Assembly: GCA_964588555.1 (NCBI GenBank)
Contig: CAZPPT010000004.1
Span: forward strand, 6,476 to 70,475
From: Candidatus Micrarchaeota archaeon
Lineage (GTDB): Archaea; Micrarchaeota; Micrarchaeia; Anstonellales; Bilamarchaeaceae
Direction: 5' to 3'
DNA: 64,000 nt
The notes under the pieces are model-generated. The model ran no database searches. It was not told the origin of the DNA and worked only from the letters and a program-made list of their open reading frames with translations. The position numbers were made by a program, and so were the translations under genes. Below are positions 54,603 through 64,000 of the stretch, in pieces. How positions within the stretch are numbered: the stretch's first letter is position 1; every line of letters starts with the position of its first letter.

Positions 54603-55370
54603 CTATCCCGGTAATGGCGATATTTTTTGTGCCATGCGTGCTATTGCCTCGCCGGTACTTCCTACGACCAGTGCCTTTAATTCCGCAACGCTTCTGCATC
54701 TTTGTGTTATTGCGCTTATCAATTCATCACTCACAATAGTGTGTCCGTTTGGTATGCCCCCTTCTTCTGAAAATATGCCGACCAGCTCCGGTATGTCATC
54801 AATTCGCTGCACTAAGGGGGGAACCGTACTGATGGGCAGCAACTCACCTAGCTTAAGTCTTTTAAGGGCAGATTCAGCTTCGGTTAACGTAATTGATGTT
54901 ATGCCAACAATCCGCACAGGTTCTATTCCTTTTAAATATTTCAAAATAATGCGGCGTTCTGTCCGTGTTAGCCGAGGGGCACCTCTGCCAAATTGTTGAT
55001 ATACACGCTGCCTTAAGTATGCCTTGATTATCTTTGCAGCCTCTAAAGGGACGCGCTCAATATTTTCTAAAAGTAGAACTCCGTTGCTTGCTTCATGGAA
55101 TCTTTGTGATAATTCATCATTTGTCATTTCTTTCTTTTCGCAATCAATGTGGACAAACGGCACTCCTTCAGGCAATCCCTCATAAAACAGACTGACGAGC
55201 ATTTTTTTGCCCGATCCGTGCGGCCCACGTAATACAAATGCGCGATTTTCTTCCGTCCCGCGTTCGATGTCCAGGATCACTTCCTTCATTTTTTTACTGT
55301 TAGCTACGATAATTCGGCCGTCTCTGAGTCGTCTTTGCATAAATCCACAATAATTTACTAAAAAAAACAA
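54603..55370 (-). CDS. NtrC-like (sigma-54-activator-type) AAA+ core without DNA-binding domain
   Basis: ANSKKMKEVILDIER...AFVLRGPHGSGKK (Walker A), GVLLLENIE (Walker B-like), RIVGITS and VPPLVQRIDDIPELV follow the order of enhancer-binding-protein cores. The start may be the Met at 55340. Confidence 0.6.
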   Translation of the reverse strand: MFFLVNYCGFMQRRLRDGRIIVANSKKMKEVILDIERGTEENRAFVLRGPHGSGKKMLVSLFYEGLPEGVPFVHIDCEKKEMTNDELSQRFHEASNGVLLLENIERVPLEAAKIIKAYLRQRVYQQFGRGAPRLTRTERRIILKYLKGIEPVRIVGITSITLTEAESALKRLKLGELLPISTVPPLVQRIDDIPELVGIFSEEGGIPNGHTIVSDELISAITQRCRSVAELKALVVGSTGEAIARMAQKISPLPG

Positions 55371-55373
55371 TTT

Positions 55374-58300
55374 TTAAACAGAAGAGGCATGAGTCGTTTC
55401 CGCCGGTTTCTCCCCATTCTCCTTATGCACAACAGCAAAGCTCGCAACCTTTTCCTGTTCGTTCAATTTGATGACCCGAACTCCTTGCGTGTTTCTGCCT
55501 ATTACTGAAATGTCGCTTACCGGCATCCGTATTGCCTGGCCCCCGGTAGTCATGAGGATAACCTCATCATCGTCGCTTACGCACCGTGTTGCGACAATGG
55601 CGCCATTTCTCCCTTCGGTTTTCATGTTGATGATGCCGCTTCCGCCCCGGCCTTGGATCCGGTATTCATCAATATGGGTTCGTTTCCCATACCCGTTTTC
55701 AGTGATCGTAAGCACGGTCTGCTTGTTGCAGATTGCAAGGCTCACCACATAATCAGTAGGGTCCATCCGTATCCCAATCACCCCTTGCCCAGTCCTGCCT
55801 ATTTCACGCGCATCCTCTTCGTGGAATCGGATCGATTGCCCGTTTCTGGTTGCAATGAGGATCGTCTCCTTGCCGTTTGTCTTGCGGACATCGACAAGTC
55901 CGTCCCCTTCCTTAAGCGTAATTGCAATGATGCCTGTCTTTCGGGGGTTATTGAAGTTTGCAAGGCTGGTCCGCTTGATGGTGCCGTTCTTGGTCATCAT
56001 GACAAGGTACTCGTCCTCGTTGAATGCCGCCACGCTGACCCATGAGCTGATTTTTTCATCCTTTAGCTCAAGAAGGTTTACGATTGTCTTGCCCGTCGCA
56101 TACCTGCCTGCTTCTGGCACGCGGTATGCCTTAAGCCAGAACGCGCGCCCCTTGTCGGTGAAAAAGAGGATGTAATTGTGGTTTTTGGTAACAATAAGGT
56201 CATTTACCACGTCTTCCTCCTTTGTCTCAGTGCCGATCACGCCCTTGCCGCCCCGGCGTTGCGAGCGGTATTCGTCGGTCCTGATCCGCTTGATATAACC
56301 GCGTTGCGTAATGACCACCACCACCTCGTCGTTTGGTATCAGTTCCTCAATGGTGATGTCTTCGCCACCTTCTGAAATGGCAGTTCGCCTGCCGTCCCCG
56401 TACCGCGCCTTAATTTCAGTAAGTTCTTCCTTTATGATCGCAAGTATCTTCAGTACGTCTGAAAGCACGTCCTTAAGCCAGGTAATCTGCTTTTGGAGTT
56501 CGCCGTGCTCGTCCTGGATCTTCTTTTGTTCAAGTGATATAAGCCGCTGGAGCTTCATGTCAAGGATTGCCTGCGCCTGTTTTTCACTAAGGGAGTACGA
56601 ATTCATGAGCCCTCCCTTGGCCTCTTCAACGTCCTTGCTTGCCTTAAGGAATGCAATAATCGGTTCTATCTGTTCAAGTGCCTTAAGGAGCCCCTCGAGT
56701 ATGTGCGCACGCTCCTCTGCGATACGAAGCTCGTATGTACAGCGCCTCTGCACAATCTCCTTTCTAAAATCTATGAACTGGCTTATGAGCTGGTGGAGCC
56801 CAAGTATTTTGGGTTCATTATTTACAAGTACGAGGTTGATAATCCCAAACGTGCTTTCAAGCGGCGTATGCGCATACATCTGGTTGAGCACTACCGCGGG
56901 CGTCGCGTCCCGTGAGAGGTCGATTACGACGTTGATCCCTTCGCGGTCGCTTCGGTCATGTACGCCCTTTATGCCGACAATTCGCTTGTCGCGTGCCGCA
57001 TTTGCGATCGCCTCGATGATGGAAGTTTTTGTTACCTGGTAGGGTATTTCACGGATTACAATTACGTGTTTTGTTTCGTCAATTTCGCATCTGCCCCGCA
57101 TCTTAATAATGCCCCGTCCCGTCTTGTATGCTGAGTAAATCCCTGCCTTTCCGACTATTTCGCCGCCGGTCGGGAAGTCCGGGCCAGTGACGATTTGAAG
57201 GAGCTGTTCTTCGTTTGCGCCGTCGATCACTGCGATTGCGCCGTCCACTATCTCAGTGAGATTATGGGGCGGGATATTTGTTGCCATGCCGACCGCTATG
57301 CCTGCGCTTCCGTTGATAAGCAGGTTTGGGACCTTGCTTGGGAGCACGGTCGGTTCCTTGAGCGTGCCGTCAAAGTTCGGGACAAAGTCAACGGTTTCCT
57401 TGTCAAGGTCATTAAGCATCTCTTCTGTGAGGTGTGCCATCCTCACTTCCGTATACCTCATTGCTGCCGGGCTATCTCCGTCTATCGAACCAAAATTTCC
57501 TTGACCATCTACAAGCATATAACGTAATGAAAACGATTGTGCCATTCTCGCAAGAGAGTCATACACAGCCTGATCGCCGTGTGGGTGGAACTTACCAAGG
57601 CAATTATGCGAAATCATCCCGTTAGCGATAAATTCGTGTGATTCTTCAACTTGTATGTCATATGTTTTTTCTGCTGGTCTGTTCTCTATTTTTTCAACTC
57701 TTAAGAAGTAAATTTCATTTTTAATGACCTGATTAACAAATGGTGCAAAAGCCGATTCTATTCTATTTAGTTTTTCTTGTATCCCCCACTCAACGAGCTG
57801 TGTTCTGCCAAGGTATTTTTCTTTTAAATCCTTAGCGTATCTAATTTTCGTCCCGTTTGAGTACTTTATCCCCATCCTGAATTTTTGGCCTGCCTTGTCG
57901 CTGTACCAGCCTGCTCCCACATGGTTCTTACTTAATTCCTCAAACAGTATGTTCCCGGCGTGCGGGATTTCATCAAACAAAGACGTTTTAATGATGTGGT
58001 TTGTAAAGTCACTTCGGCTATTTTTTCTTTCATCTGACAGCAATAGTTGTTGCAGCAATACCTGAGCAAATCTTCCTCCAATTTCCAAGCTATGGAACGG
58101 ATAATTGCCTTTAACAAGTTGCCCATTGACAGAACTCTTTTTTTCACTGTAATCAGTATACTTTTTACCAAAAATACCTAAATGTTGTAGTACTATTTGG
58201 AGTTGATCGATAAGTTTTTCTGATACGCTCCCATAATGGATGACATTCCTTTCCTTATGTATGCTGCCATCGCCATCGATAAGCCCGCTTATAAAAGAAA

Positions 58301-59207
58301 AGATAACTGATTTTGGCGATCTGAATATCTGCGGAGGTATTATTTTTGTAAACGCAACGGCATTTTGAAGGCTAAAAGCAGAAACTAAAAAATCATTTAT
58401 CTCGACCCTATTTACTCGTACTGTAAACATTCTATTAATAAGAATTTGACCCGATGCAGTCTCTATTTCATATTCTCTCTCTTCTATTGTCGGTTCGTAT
58501 TGAAATTCATTTTGCAATATCGCTGCAAGTCTTTGTGCCACTTCATACGAGTTGGTACTTACTGCACACCTAAACCCCTTTCCATGGTTATATCCTTTTT
58601 CTATCCAGCCGTCCGAAAGTAATTGGCCTAATAAGTAACCAATGTTCTGATTTAGGTGAATTTTCCTCCCGTATAATTCTCCCATGTACACTTCTTTTTC
58701 AATAACTGGATAAATTGCCCGGCTTACAATATAGTCCCCAACCGTGATATCTTTTGCCTCTTTCCATTCAAATTCAAGGTTTTTGTTTAGTATTTTCAAT
58801 TTCTGCGATTGCGTCACTGTATTCGACGTCCCATTTTTAAGTGTTATTTTAAGAAGTTCCCGCTCCGGCATTTCATATAACTCAGTAACCTTATTTTCCC
58901 CATTTTTAGTAAAAACGACATCACCACATTCTATTTCTTGTATTGGGATGAGCCCGCGTTTTGTTGCCACGAGCGTGTCTTTTACAAAGCATTCACCGAC
59001 GATACGGGCACTCTTTTTATACGCCTTATTATAATGGTTGCCGAGTTCCTTCATTGAGTATAAAATCCGTCGATGTACCGGCTTTAATCCGTCCCGAAGG
59101 TCTGGTATTGCGCGGCCCACAATGACGCTCATTGCATAATCCAAGTAGCTTTCCTTAAGGTCCTTTTCAATGGGCTGCTCAATAATCGTCTCAGTCATAA
59201 ACGCCAC
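55374..59207 (-). CDS. gyrA: DNA gyrase subunit A containing an intein
   Basis: Extein blocks [31 protein letters not shown] and C-terminal beta-pinwheel repeats. 1277 aa in total, about 814 aa without the intein. Confidence 0.9.
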   Translation of the reverse strand: MAFMTETIIEQPIEKDLKESYLDYAMSVIVGRAIPDLRDGLKPVHRRILYSMKELGNHYNKAYKKSARIVGECFVKDTLVATKRGLIPIQEIECGDVVFTKNGENKVTELYEMPERELLKITLKNGTSNTVTQSQKLKILNKNLEFEWKEAKDITVGDYIVSRAIYPVIEKEVYMGELYGRKIHLNQNIGYLLGQLLSDGWIEKGYNHGKGFRCAVSTNSYEVAQRLAAILQNEFQYEPTIEEREYEIETASGQILINRMFTVRVNRVEINDFLVSAFSLQNAVAFTKIIPPQIFRSPKSVIFSFISGLIDGDGSIHKERNVIHYGSVSEKLIDQLQIVLQHLGIFGKKYTDYSEKKSSVNGQLVKGNYPFHSLEIGGRFAQVLLQQLLLSDERKNSRSDFTNHIIKTSLFDEIPHAGNILFEELSKNHVGAGWYSDKAGQKFRMGIKYSNGTKIRYAKDLKEKYLGRTQLVEWGIQEKLNRIESAFAPFVNQVIKNEIYFLRVEKIENRPAEKTYDIQVEESHEFIANGMISHNCLGKFHPHGDQAVYDSLARMAQSFSLRYMLVDGQGNFGSIDGDSPAAMRYTEVRMAHLTEEMLNDLDKETVDFVPNFDGTLKEPTVLPSKVPNLLINGSAGIAVGMATNIPPHNLTEIVDGAIAVIDGANEEQLLQIVTGPDFPTGGEIVGKAGIYSAYKTGRGIIKMRGRCEIDETKHVIVIREIPYQVTKTSIIEAIANAARDKRIVGIKGVHDRSDREGINVVIDLSRDATPAVVLNQMYAHTPLESTFGIINLVLVNNEPKILGLHQLISQFIDFRKEIVQRRCTYELRIAEERAHILEGLLKALEQIEPIIAFLKASKDVEEAKGGLMNSYSLSEKQAQAILDMKLQRLISLEQKKIQDEHGELQKQITWLKDVLSDVLKILAIIKEELTEIKARYGDGRRTAISEGGEDITIEELIPNDEVVVVITQRGYIKRIRTDEYRSQRRGGKGVIGTETKEEDVVNDLIVTKNHNYILFFTDKGRAFWLKAYRVPEAGRYATGKTIVNLLELKDEKISSWVSVAAFNEDEYLVMMTKNGTIKRTSLANFNNPRKTGIIAITLKEGDGLVDVRKTNGKETILIATRNGQSIRFHEEDAREIGRTGQGVIGIRMDPTDYVVSLAICNKQTVLTITENGYGKRTHIDEYRIQGRGGSGIINMKTEGRNGAIVATRCVSDDDEVILMTTGGQAIRMPVSDISVIGRNTQGVRVIKLNEQEKVASFAVVHKENGEKPAETTHASSV
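57603..58991 (-). mobile_element. GyrA intein (463 aa) with LAGLIDADG homing-endonuclease domain
   Basis: Inserted in ARIVGE|CFVKDTLV...[10 protein letters not shown]|[19 protein letters not shown] motifs [10 protein letters not shown] and [10 protein letters not shown]. Terminal HN with a +1 Cys. Confidence 0.85.
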
Positions 59208-59278
59208 TAATCCATATTAGAAAATAGTATAAAAACAATTGTGAAAAAGGCCTTTAAAGCGTATCGGATGTGCGATTA

Positions 59279-59632
59279 TCAGAGGTCTTCTGGTTTTGGA
59301 AATGAAGTCACGTTTGCAAGAAATGTCTTGACCCCGTCTTGCGCTTTTGCCGTTTCATACACATCCCTTATGAATCGGCCTATTTCTTCATTTGTTGGCG
59401 CATTACCTTCTTTTGAATATTTGGTGAATCCGCCTTTTTCGTCCCACGTCATCCGGTAGCCGTCATACTCAACCCCGATGCCATGCGGCATATTACTGCC
59501 GTTGTTTGTACTAAAAACATTTATCCAAGGGACATATCTCCTATCAAAGAGCACTCCCGCTTTTTCAAGCTGCGGTTTTCTTGGCCTTGTCGGATGAATT
59601 GGTGTGGCTAGCACTTGTGTTACGTGTGTCAT
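59279..59632 (-). CDS. hypothetical protein
   Basis: 117-aa ORF, no family recognised. Confidence 0.45.
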   Translation of the reverse strand: MTHVTQVLATPIHPTRPRKPQLEKAGVLFDRRYVPWINVFSTNNGSNMPHGIGVEYDGYRMTWDEKGGFTKYSKEGNAPTNEEIGRFIRDVYETAKAQDGVKTFLANVTSFPKPEDL

Positions 59633-59697
59633 ACTTGACCTTTTGATGCGGAATTTTTATATTTTTTTGGATTGTATCCCTAGTTACATGTGATGCT

Positions 59698-59934
59698 ATG
59701 AATATTTTGTACCTCTACGACCTCAAGGCAAAAAACAAGCGCGACTTTAACCGGGTTAAGCGCCGATTCTACTATCATTTGAAAAAGCTCGCGCTTAAGA
59801 AAAGTGATTTTCTTACAAAATCAGTCATCCTTGTTCCGCGGTCGCGCGAGAGAACGCTTGACTCATTTTTCAAACAGTTTTCAAAGGAAGTCGAGGTGTA
59901 CAAGGTACATTGTGAAAGCGTTGAGGAACTATGA
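59698..59934 (+). CDS. small ferredoxin-fold-like protein (Cas2/PaaX-C-like pattern, tentative)
   Basis: The pattern ILYLYDL...KRDFNRVKRRFYYHLKKL...LTKSVILV...EVEVYKV resembles the Cas2 beta-alpha-beta-beta-alpha-beta order. No CRISPR array or other cas genes nearby. Confidence 0.35.
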   Translation: MNILYLYDLKAKNKRDFNRVKRRFYYHLKKLALKKSDFLTKSVILVPRSRERTLDSFFKQFSKEVEVYKVHCESVEEL

Positions 59935-60681
59935 AGGCGCTTCATCCAGGAACCGTTCACCCGTCCTTTCTTCTATTCCCTGCCAAAAGCGTATGAGTGC
60001 ATCACGCTCCTTTCCACAGAGTTTTCGCGTAGGCGGTTGTGGGTTCATAAGGCATACCCTCTCATCGCCGTAGTCGCTTATTGCTCTTGTTTCATGGTGC
60101 TCGTTAAACCCAAGTAAATGAGCCGCCTCATGCTTTGCAATGCGGTATATAAGCGGTTTGTTTTCTTTTCTTTTTCCAGGTAACGACATTACCAGTATCC
60201 CCTTCGTGTATTCGCTGCTGCCCCAATTGTGTGGTTCTGTAAAATGCCGGCACGTAATAAAAACAACCCCATATTGTTCACTATCCGCGGCTCTTTTTGT
60301 AACAAGCAGGTCGCCAAGTGCATGGTAGTCAAGTCCGCCGTGCCCTGACGCCTCCATTGCCATGCGTGCCATCCCACTGTCATTTCCGTAATAGTGCGCA
60401 GCAGGATCTATTATGAATGTACGAAGCCCGATTTCCTCAAGCATTTCATTTATCCCGTTTACGGCCGCATACAAAACGCGTTCATCAACGTGCGGGCACT
60501 TAAAAACCCTGAGTTCCTTTCCATGGATCCATGCCCCGCCTTCGTATTCTTTTCCGCCCGCAGAGATCATGATTTTCCTTTTCCCTTCATCGAACCAGTG
60601 GCGTTGCCATTCTTCTTTTGAGCGCGGGAACCGTGCGCGTGTGCGGTCGTTTGGAGGTGCACTCCCAATGAGCTTGACCAT
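59929..60681 (-). CDS. zinc metalloprotease-like protein
   Basis: HEAAHLLGFNEHHE is an HExxH-type motif with downstream His/Glu, similar to archaemetzincin-type sites. Confidence 0.6.
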   Translation of the reverse strand: MVKLIGSAPPNDRTRARFPRSKEEWQRHWFDEGKRKIMISAGGKEYEGGAWIHGKELRVFKCPHVDERVLYAAVNGINEMLEEIGLRTFIIDPAAHYYGNDSGMARMAMEASGHGGLDYHALGDLLVTKRAADSEQYGVVFITCRHFTEPHNWGSSEYTKGILVMSLPGKRKENKPLIYRIAKHEAAHLLGFNEHHETRAISDYGDERVCLMNPQPPTRKLCGKERDALIRFWQGIEERTGERFLDEAPS

Positions 60682-60792
60682 ATTATCACTTAAATCTATA
60701 TTTAATAACTATTATAAATGGGACAGTTGTACATTTAAAACCTTCTTTACAATGTAATTACGACGATAAATTTTCGCATCATAGTTGATTAT

Positions 60793-63700
60793 ATGGCTGA
60801 CCAGAGTAGTGAATATACTGCAAAAGACATCCAGGTTCTTGAAGGATTGGAAGGCGTGCGTAAACGCCCGGCAATGTATATCGGTGACATCGGCAAAAGA
60901 GGGCTTCATCATTTAGTGTATGAAATTTCTGACAATTCGGTGGACGAGGCACTCGCCGGACACTGCAAGAATATCGAGATTACGCTTCATGCCGACGGCT
61001 CTGTTTTGGTAAAGGATGATGGGCGCGGGATCCCAATAGACATCCACCCTAAAACCGGCAAGAGCGCGCTTGAGGTTGTAAGCGGAAGCCTACACGCCGG
61101 CGGCAAGTTTGAAAAGAAGGCGTACAAGGTAAGCGGCGGTTTGCACGGCGTCGGTATGAGCGTGGTGAACGCATTAAGCCACTGGATGCACATTGAGGTG
61201 CACCGCGACGGCAAGATCCACACGCTTCACTACGACCATGGAAAAACACAGGAAGGCGTACGCGTTACCGGGGAGACTGCGTACCGCGGGACGATTGTCC
61301 GCTTTAAGCCCGACGCAACCATTTTCCAGACTGTCGAGTTTGATTTTGAGTACCTGAAAGAACGGTTTATGGAGCTTGCGTTCCTTAACAAGGGGCTGCG
61401 TATCACGTTGTCTGACGAGCGTACGCAAAAAAGCGAGGAATTTTACTATGAGGGTGGCATTGTCCAGTTTGTCGAATACCTCAACAAGGCACGGCCCCGT
61501 CTTCACCCGCCATTTTATATAAACAAGTCAATCGACTCACTTGAGATCGAATTTGCGCTCCAGTATACGGAAAGTTTCAACGACATGCTGTATTCATTTG
61601 TAAATGACATTAAGACCGTTGAGGGCGGCACCCACGTTATTGGGTTTAAGACCGCGCTTACGCGTGCAGTAAATGAGTATGCAAAGGGAAACAAGCTCGT
61701 AAAGGACGACCATAAGATTGTTGGTGATGATGCCCTCGAAGGCATAACTGCAGTCATCAGCATCAAGATCCCCGAGCCCCAGTTTGAGGGGCAGACCAAG
61801 ACAAAGCTTGGAAACAACGAGGTTAAGGGGGTTGTCGACAGCATCGTCTATGAGGCGCTTCAAACGTACCTTGAGGAAAACCCCGATTCTGCAAAGAAGA
61901 TCGCAGCAAAAATAGTCCAGAGTATGGAGGCACGCGAGGCTGCACAAAAGGCGCGCGACCTGATCAGGCGAAAGAACGTCTTTGAGTCAAGCATCCTGCC
62001 CGGAAAACTTGCTGACTGTGAGGAGGAAGACCCGACAAAGGCGGAGTTGTTTTTGGTGGAAGGGGACAGCGCCGGTGGATGTTTTTCGGGCGACACAAAA
62101 GTAGCGCTTGCTGACGGAAGAAATGTAACTTTTAAAGACCTCATAGAAGAAGATGCAATGGGAAAACGCAATTTTTGCTATACTATTAAGAAAGACGGAT
62201 CAATCGGTATAGAAGAAATCAAGCATCCTCGCATTACTAAAAGAAATGTTGAAGTTATTACAGTTATTTTGGATACTGGTGAAAAAATAGAATGCACTCC
62301 GGATCATTTGTTTATGCTTCGTGACGGCACCTATCGTAAGGCGCGAGATTTAAAACCATCGGATTCACTTATGCCATTGCAACGAAAGCTTTCTGAATTA
62401 GGCAATTCAATAACTATTGAAGGTTATGAAATGGTATACGATCATAAATCTCTTCGCTGGATTTTTACCCATCTTTTAGCAGATAACTGGAATATGGAAA
62501 ACGCAGTATATCCTGCATTGCCAAATGCACATCGTCATCACATCGACTTTAACAAGTTGAATAATAACCCAACGAACATAAGGCGATTAAGTCCCGAAGA
62601 ACATTTAGCATATCATCGCGGACTTCTTGAGAAAACACTTCACACTCCTGAAATTAAAGAAAAATGCAGGAAACTAAAACAGACAAAAGAATTTAGGGAA
62701 ATGATGAGTAAGAGAATGAAAGAGCCTTCAACAAGAAATATTCTTAGTAAAAATGCAAGGAAGCAGTGGGAAGATCAAGCATATAAGGAATACATGATAA
62801 AGAAATTCATTGATTTTTACTATGGCAATAAAGAATACCGTGAAAAATCTCTAAAAATTCTTGCTGAAAGTCAACGTACTTATTGGTCAAGCGAAGAAAA
62901 TGTTAAAAAACAATCTGAACGGATACAAAAATTCTTTAGCGAACACCCTGAGAGAAAACAAGTTTTATCAGTTGCCGCAAAAGAACAATGGCAGAACGAA
63001 CAGCTACTTCTTTGGAGAAGTGAAAGAACTAAAGAACAGTGGACCCCTGAATTTAGAAAAAAGCGAATGAAAGCTTACAATAAGGCGTACTATGACGCAA
63101 CAATACGAGCTTTACGAGACATCTACGATAAAACAAATATGATAGATATTGATGAATATAATCAGTTAAGGAAAAAAACTAAGAACAAAAATTTACTCCT
63201 TTTCGAGACATTTGCCAAACGATTTTTTGACAACGATACTGATAGTGCTAAACAGGCAGTTATGAATTATAATCACAAGGTCTTTGCTGTTATTAATTTA
63301 CATAAACAAATGGACGTATACGATATCGAAGTGCCTAATACACATAATTTTGCGCTTGCGAATGGCGTTTTTGTCCACAATAGTTCGAAGATGGCACGCG
63401 ACCGCCGATTCCAGGCAATACTCCCCCTCCGCGGCAAGATCCTCAATGTCGAAAAGGCCCCCATACACAAGACCCTCGCAAGCGAGGGCATAAAGAACGT
63501 CGTGCTTGCGATCGGTGCCGGATTCAAAGATGAATTTGACTTAAACAAGACGCGCTACCATAAAATTATCATCACGTGCGATGCTGATGTTGACGGTGCG
63601 CACATTAGGACTCTTTTACTTACGCTTTTTTACCGTTACTTCAAGCCCGTTGTCGAAAAGGGTTATATTTATGTTGCACAGCCCCCGCTGTATCGGGTCA

Positions 63701-63990
63701 AGAAAGGAAAGAACGAGCGCTACGTCTATAACGAAACTGAACTTGATGCAGCACTCAAAGAATTTGGCGAGGGGTGTGAAATCCAACGCTACAAGGGTTT
63801 GGGTGAAATGAACCCTGACCAATTGTGGCATACTACGATGGATCCCGCAACTCGTACGCTTAAGAAAGTGACTATCGAGGATGCGATGAAGGCTGATGAG
63901 CTGTTTAGCATTTTGATGGGCGAAGAAGTCGAGCCACGGCGTGAATTTATCGAAAGCTATGCAAAGGAAGTAAAGAATCTGGATATCTGA
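60793..63990 (+). CDS. gyrB: DNA gyrase subunit B containing an intein
   Basis: GHKL ATPase blocks VYEISDNSVDEA, DDGRGIP, GGLHGVG. Toprim LVEGDSAGG|...|S..RDRRFQAILPLRGKILNVEKA and CDADVDGAHI. About 631 aa without the intein. Confidence 0.9.
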   Translation: MADQSSEYTAKDIQVLEGLEGVRKRPAMYIGDIGKRGLHHLVYEISDNSVDEALAGHCKNIEITLHADGSVLVKDDGRGIPIDIHPKTGKSALEVVSGSLHAGGKFEKKAYKVSGGLHGVGMSVVNALSHWMHIEVHRDGKIHTLHYDHGKTQEGVRVTGETAYRGTIVRFKPDATIFQTVEFDFEYLKERFMELAFLNKGLRITLSDERTQKSEEFYYEGGIVQFVEYLNKARPRLHPPFYINKSIDSLEIEFALQYTESFNDMLYSFVNDIKTVEGGTHVIGFKTALTRAVNEYAKGNKLVKDDHKIVGDDALEGITAVISIKIPEPQFEGQTKTKLGNNEVKGVVDSIVYEALQTYLEENPDSAKKIAAKIVQSMEAREAAQKARDLIRRKNVFESSILPGKLADCEEEDPTKAELFLVEGDSAGGCFSGDTKVALADGRNVTFKDLIEEDAMGKRNFCYTIKKDGSIGIEEIKHPRITKRNVEVITVILDTGEKIECTPDHLFMLRDGTYRKARDLKPSDSLMPLQRKLSELGNSITIEGYEMVYDHKSLRWIFTHLLADNWNMENAVYPALPNAHRHHIDFNKLNNNPTNIRRLSPEEHLAYHRGLLEKTLHTPEIKEKCRKLKQTKEFREMMSKRMKEPSTRNILSKNARKQWEDQAYKEYMIKKFIDFYYGNKEYREKSLKILAESQRTYWSSEENVKKQSERIQKFFSEHPERKQVLSVAAKEQWQNEQLLLWRSERTKEQWTPEFRKKRMKAYNKAYYDATIRALRDIYDKTNMIDIDEYNQLRKKTKNKNLLLFETFAKRFFDNDTDSAKQAVMNYNHKVFAVINLHKQMDVYDIEVPNTHNFALANGVFVHNSSKMARDRRFQAILPLRGKILNVEKAPIHKTLASEGIKNVVLAIGAGFKDEFDLNKTRYHKIIITCDADVDGAHIRTLLLTLFYRYFKPVVEKGYIYVAQPPLYRVKKGKNERYVYNETELDAALKEFGEGCEIQRYKGLGEMNPDQLWHTTMDPATRTLKKVTIEDAMKADELFSILMGEEVEPRREFIESYAKEVKNLDI
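62080..63381 (+). mobile_element. GyrB intein (434 aa) with HNH-type endonuclease region
   Basis: GDSAGG|CFSGDTKVALADG...TPDH (block B)...HRHHIDFNKLNNNPTNIRRLSPEEHLAYH (HNH)...repeated KEQW-type helices...LANGVFVHN|S. Confidence 0.85.
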
Positions 63991-64000
63991 TTGTTGGTTG

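Noticed and set aside
1-64000. A scan for CRISPR arrays, rRNA genes and transposase/IS elements.
   Set aside because: No regularly spaced direct repeats, no rRNA-like conserved stretches and no transposase-like ORFs were seen. The only mobile elements supported are the two inteins and the intron-type elements.

Overview
Archaeal chromosome segment. Markers are PriS/PriL primase, FEN1, aCPSF1/FttA-type beta-CASP RNase, proteasome beta, Pus10, aMBF1, deoxyhypusine synthase, GGGP synthase, PurP and archaeal-type TIM. Many genes are preceded by a GGTGA-like Shine-Dalgarno motif. Also present: divergent gyrA and gyrB, each split by an intein (LAGLIDADG type in GyrA, HNH type in GyrB); a PadR plus MacB-type ABC operon; five type II toxin-antitoxin pairs (4 AbrB/PIN, 1 RelE); a type IV pilus/archaellum-family ATPase; a HerA/VirB4-like ATPase; and many ORFans. 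No rRNA and no CRISPR array were seen. The main result is RNA splicing. Hand assembly of exon pieces gives four minus-strand tRNA genes: Asp-GUC, Pro-UGG, Thr-CGU and Ser-UGA. Three of them carry non-canonical introns. Asp has three (D-loop, anticodon loop, T-loop) and Ser has two large ones. The large introns share a conserved structured module. The cis-prenyltransferase gene uppS is cut exactly inside its DGNRRW motif by a 114-nt hairpin-rich insert. Its junctions can be drawn as a bulge-helix-bulge and its ends resemble the tRNA-Thr T-loop intron, so it is a candidate endonuclease-spliced intron in an archaeal protein-coding gene. Secondary leads are bacterial-type signalling parts (an intact GGDEF protein, an NtrC-like AAA+ core, a double Fis-HTH protein), a four-gene ORFan operon beside a tandem-Lrp regulator, and a CxxC membrane protein paired with a thioredoxin-like lipoprotein. 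All calls come from reading the sequence and the ORF track by eye; no searches or folding programs were run.
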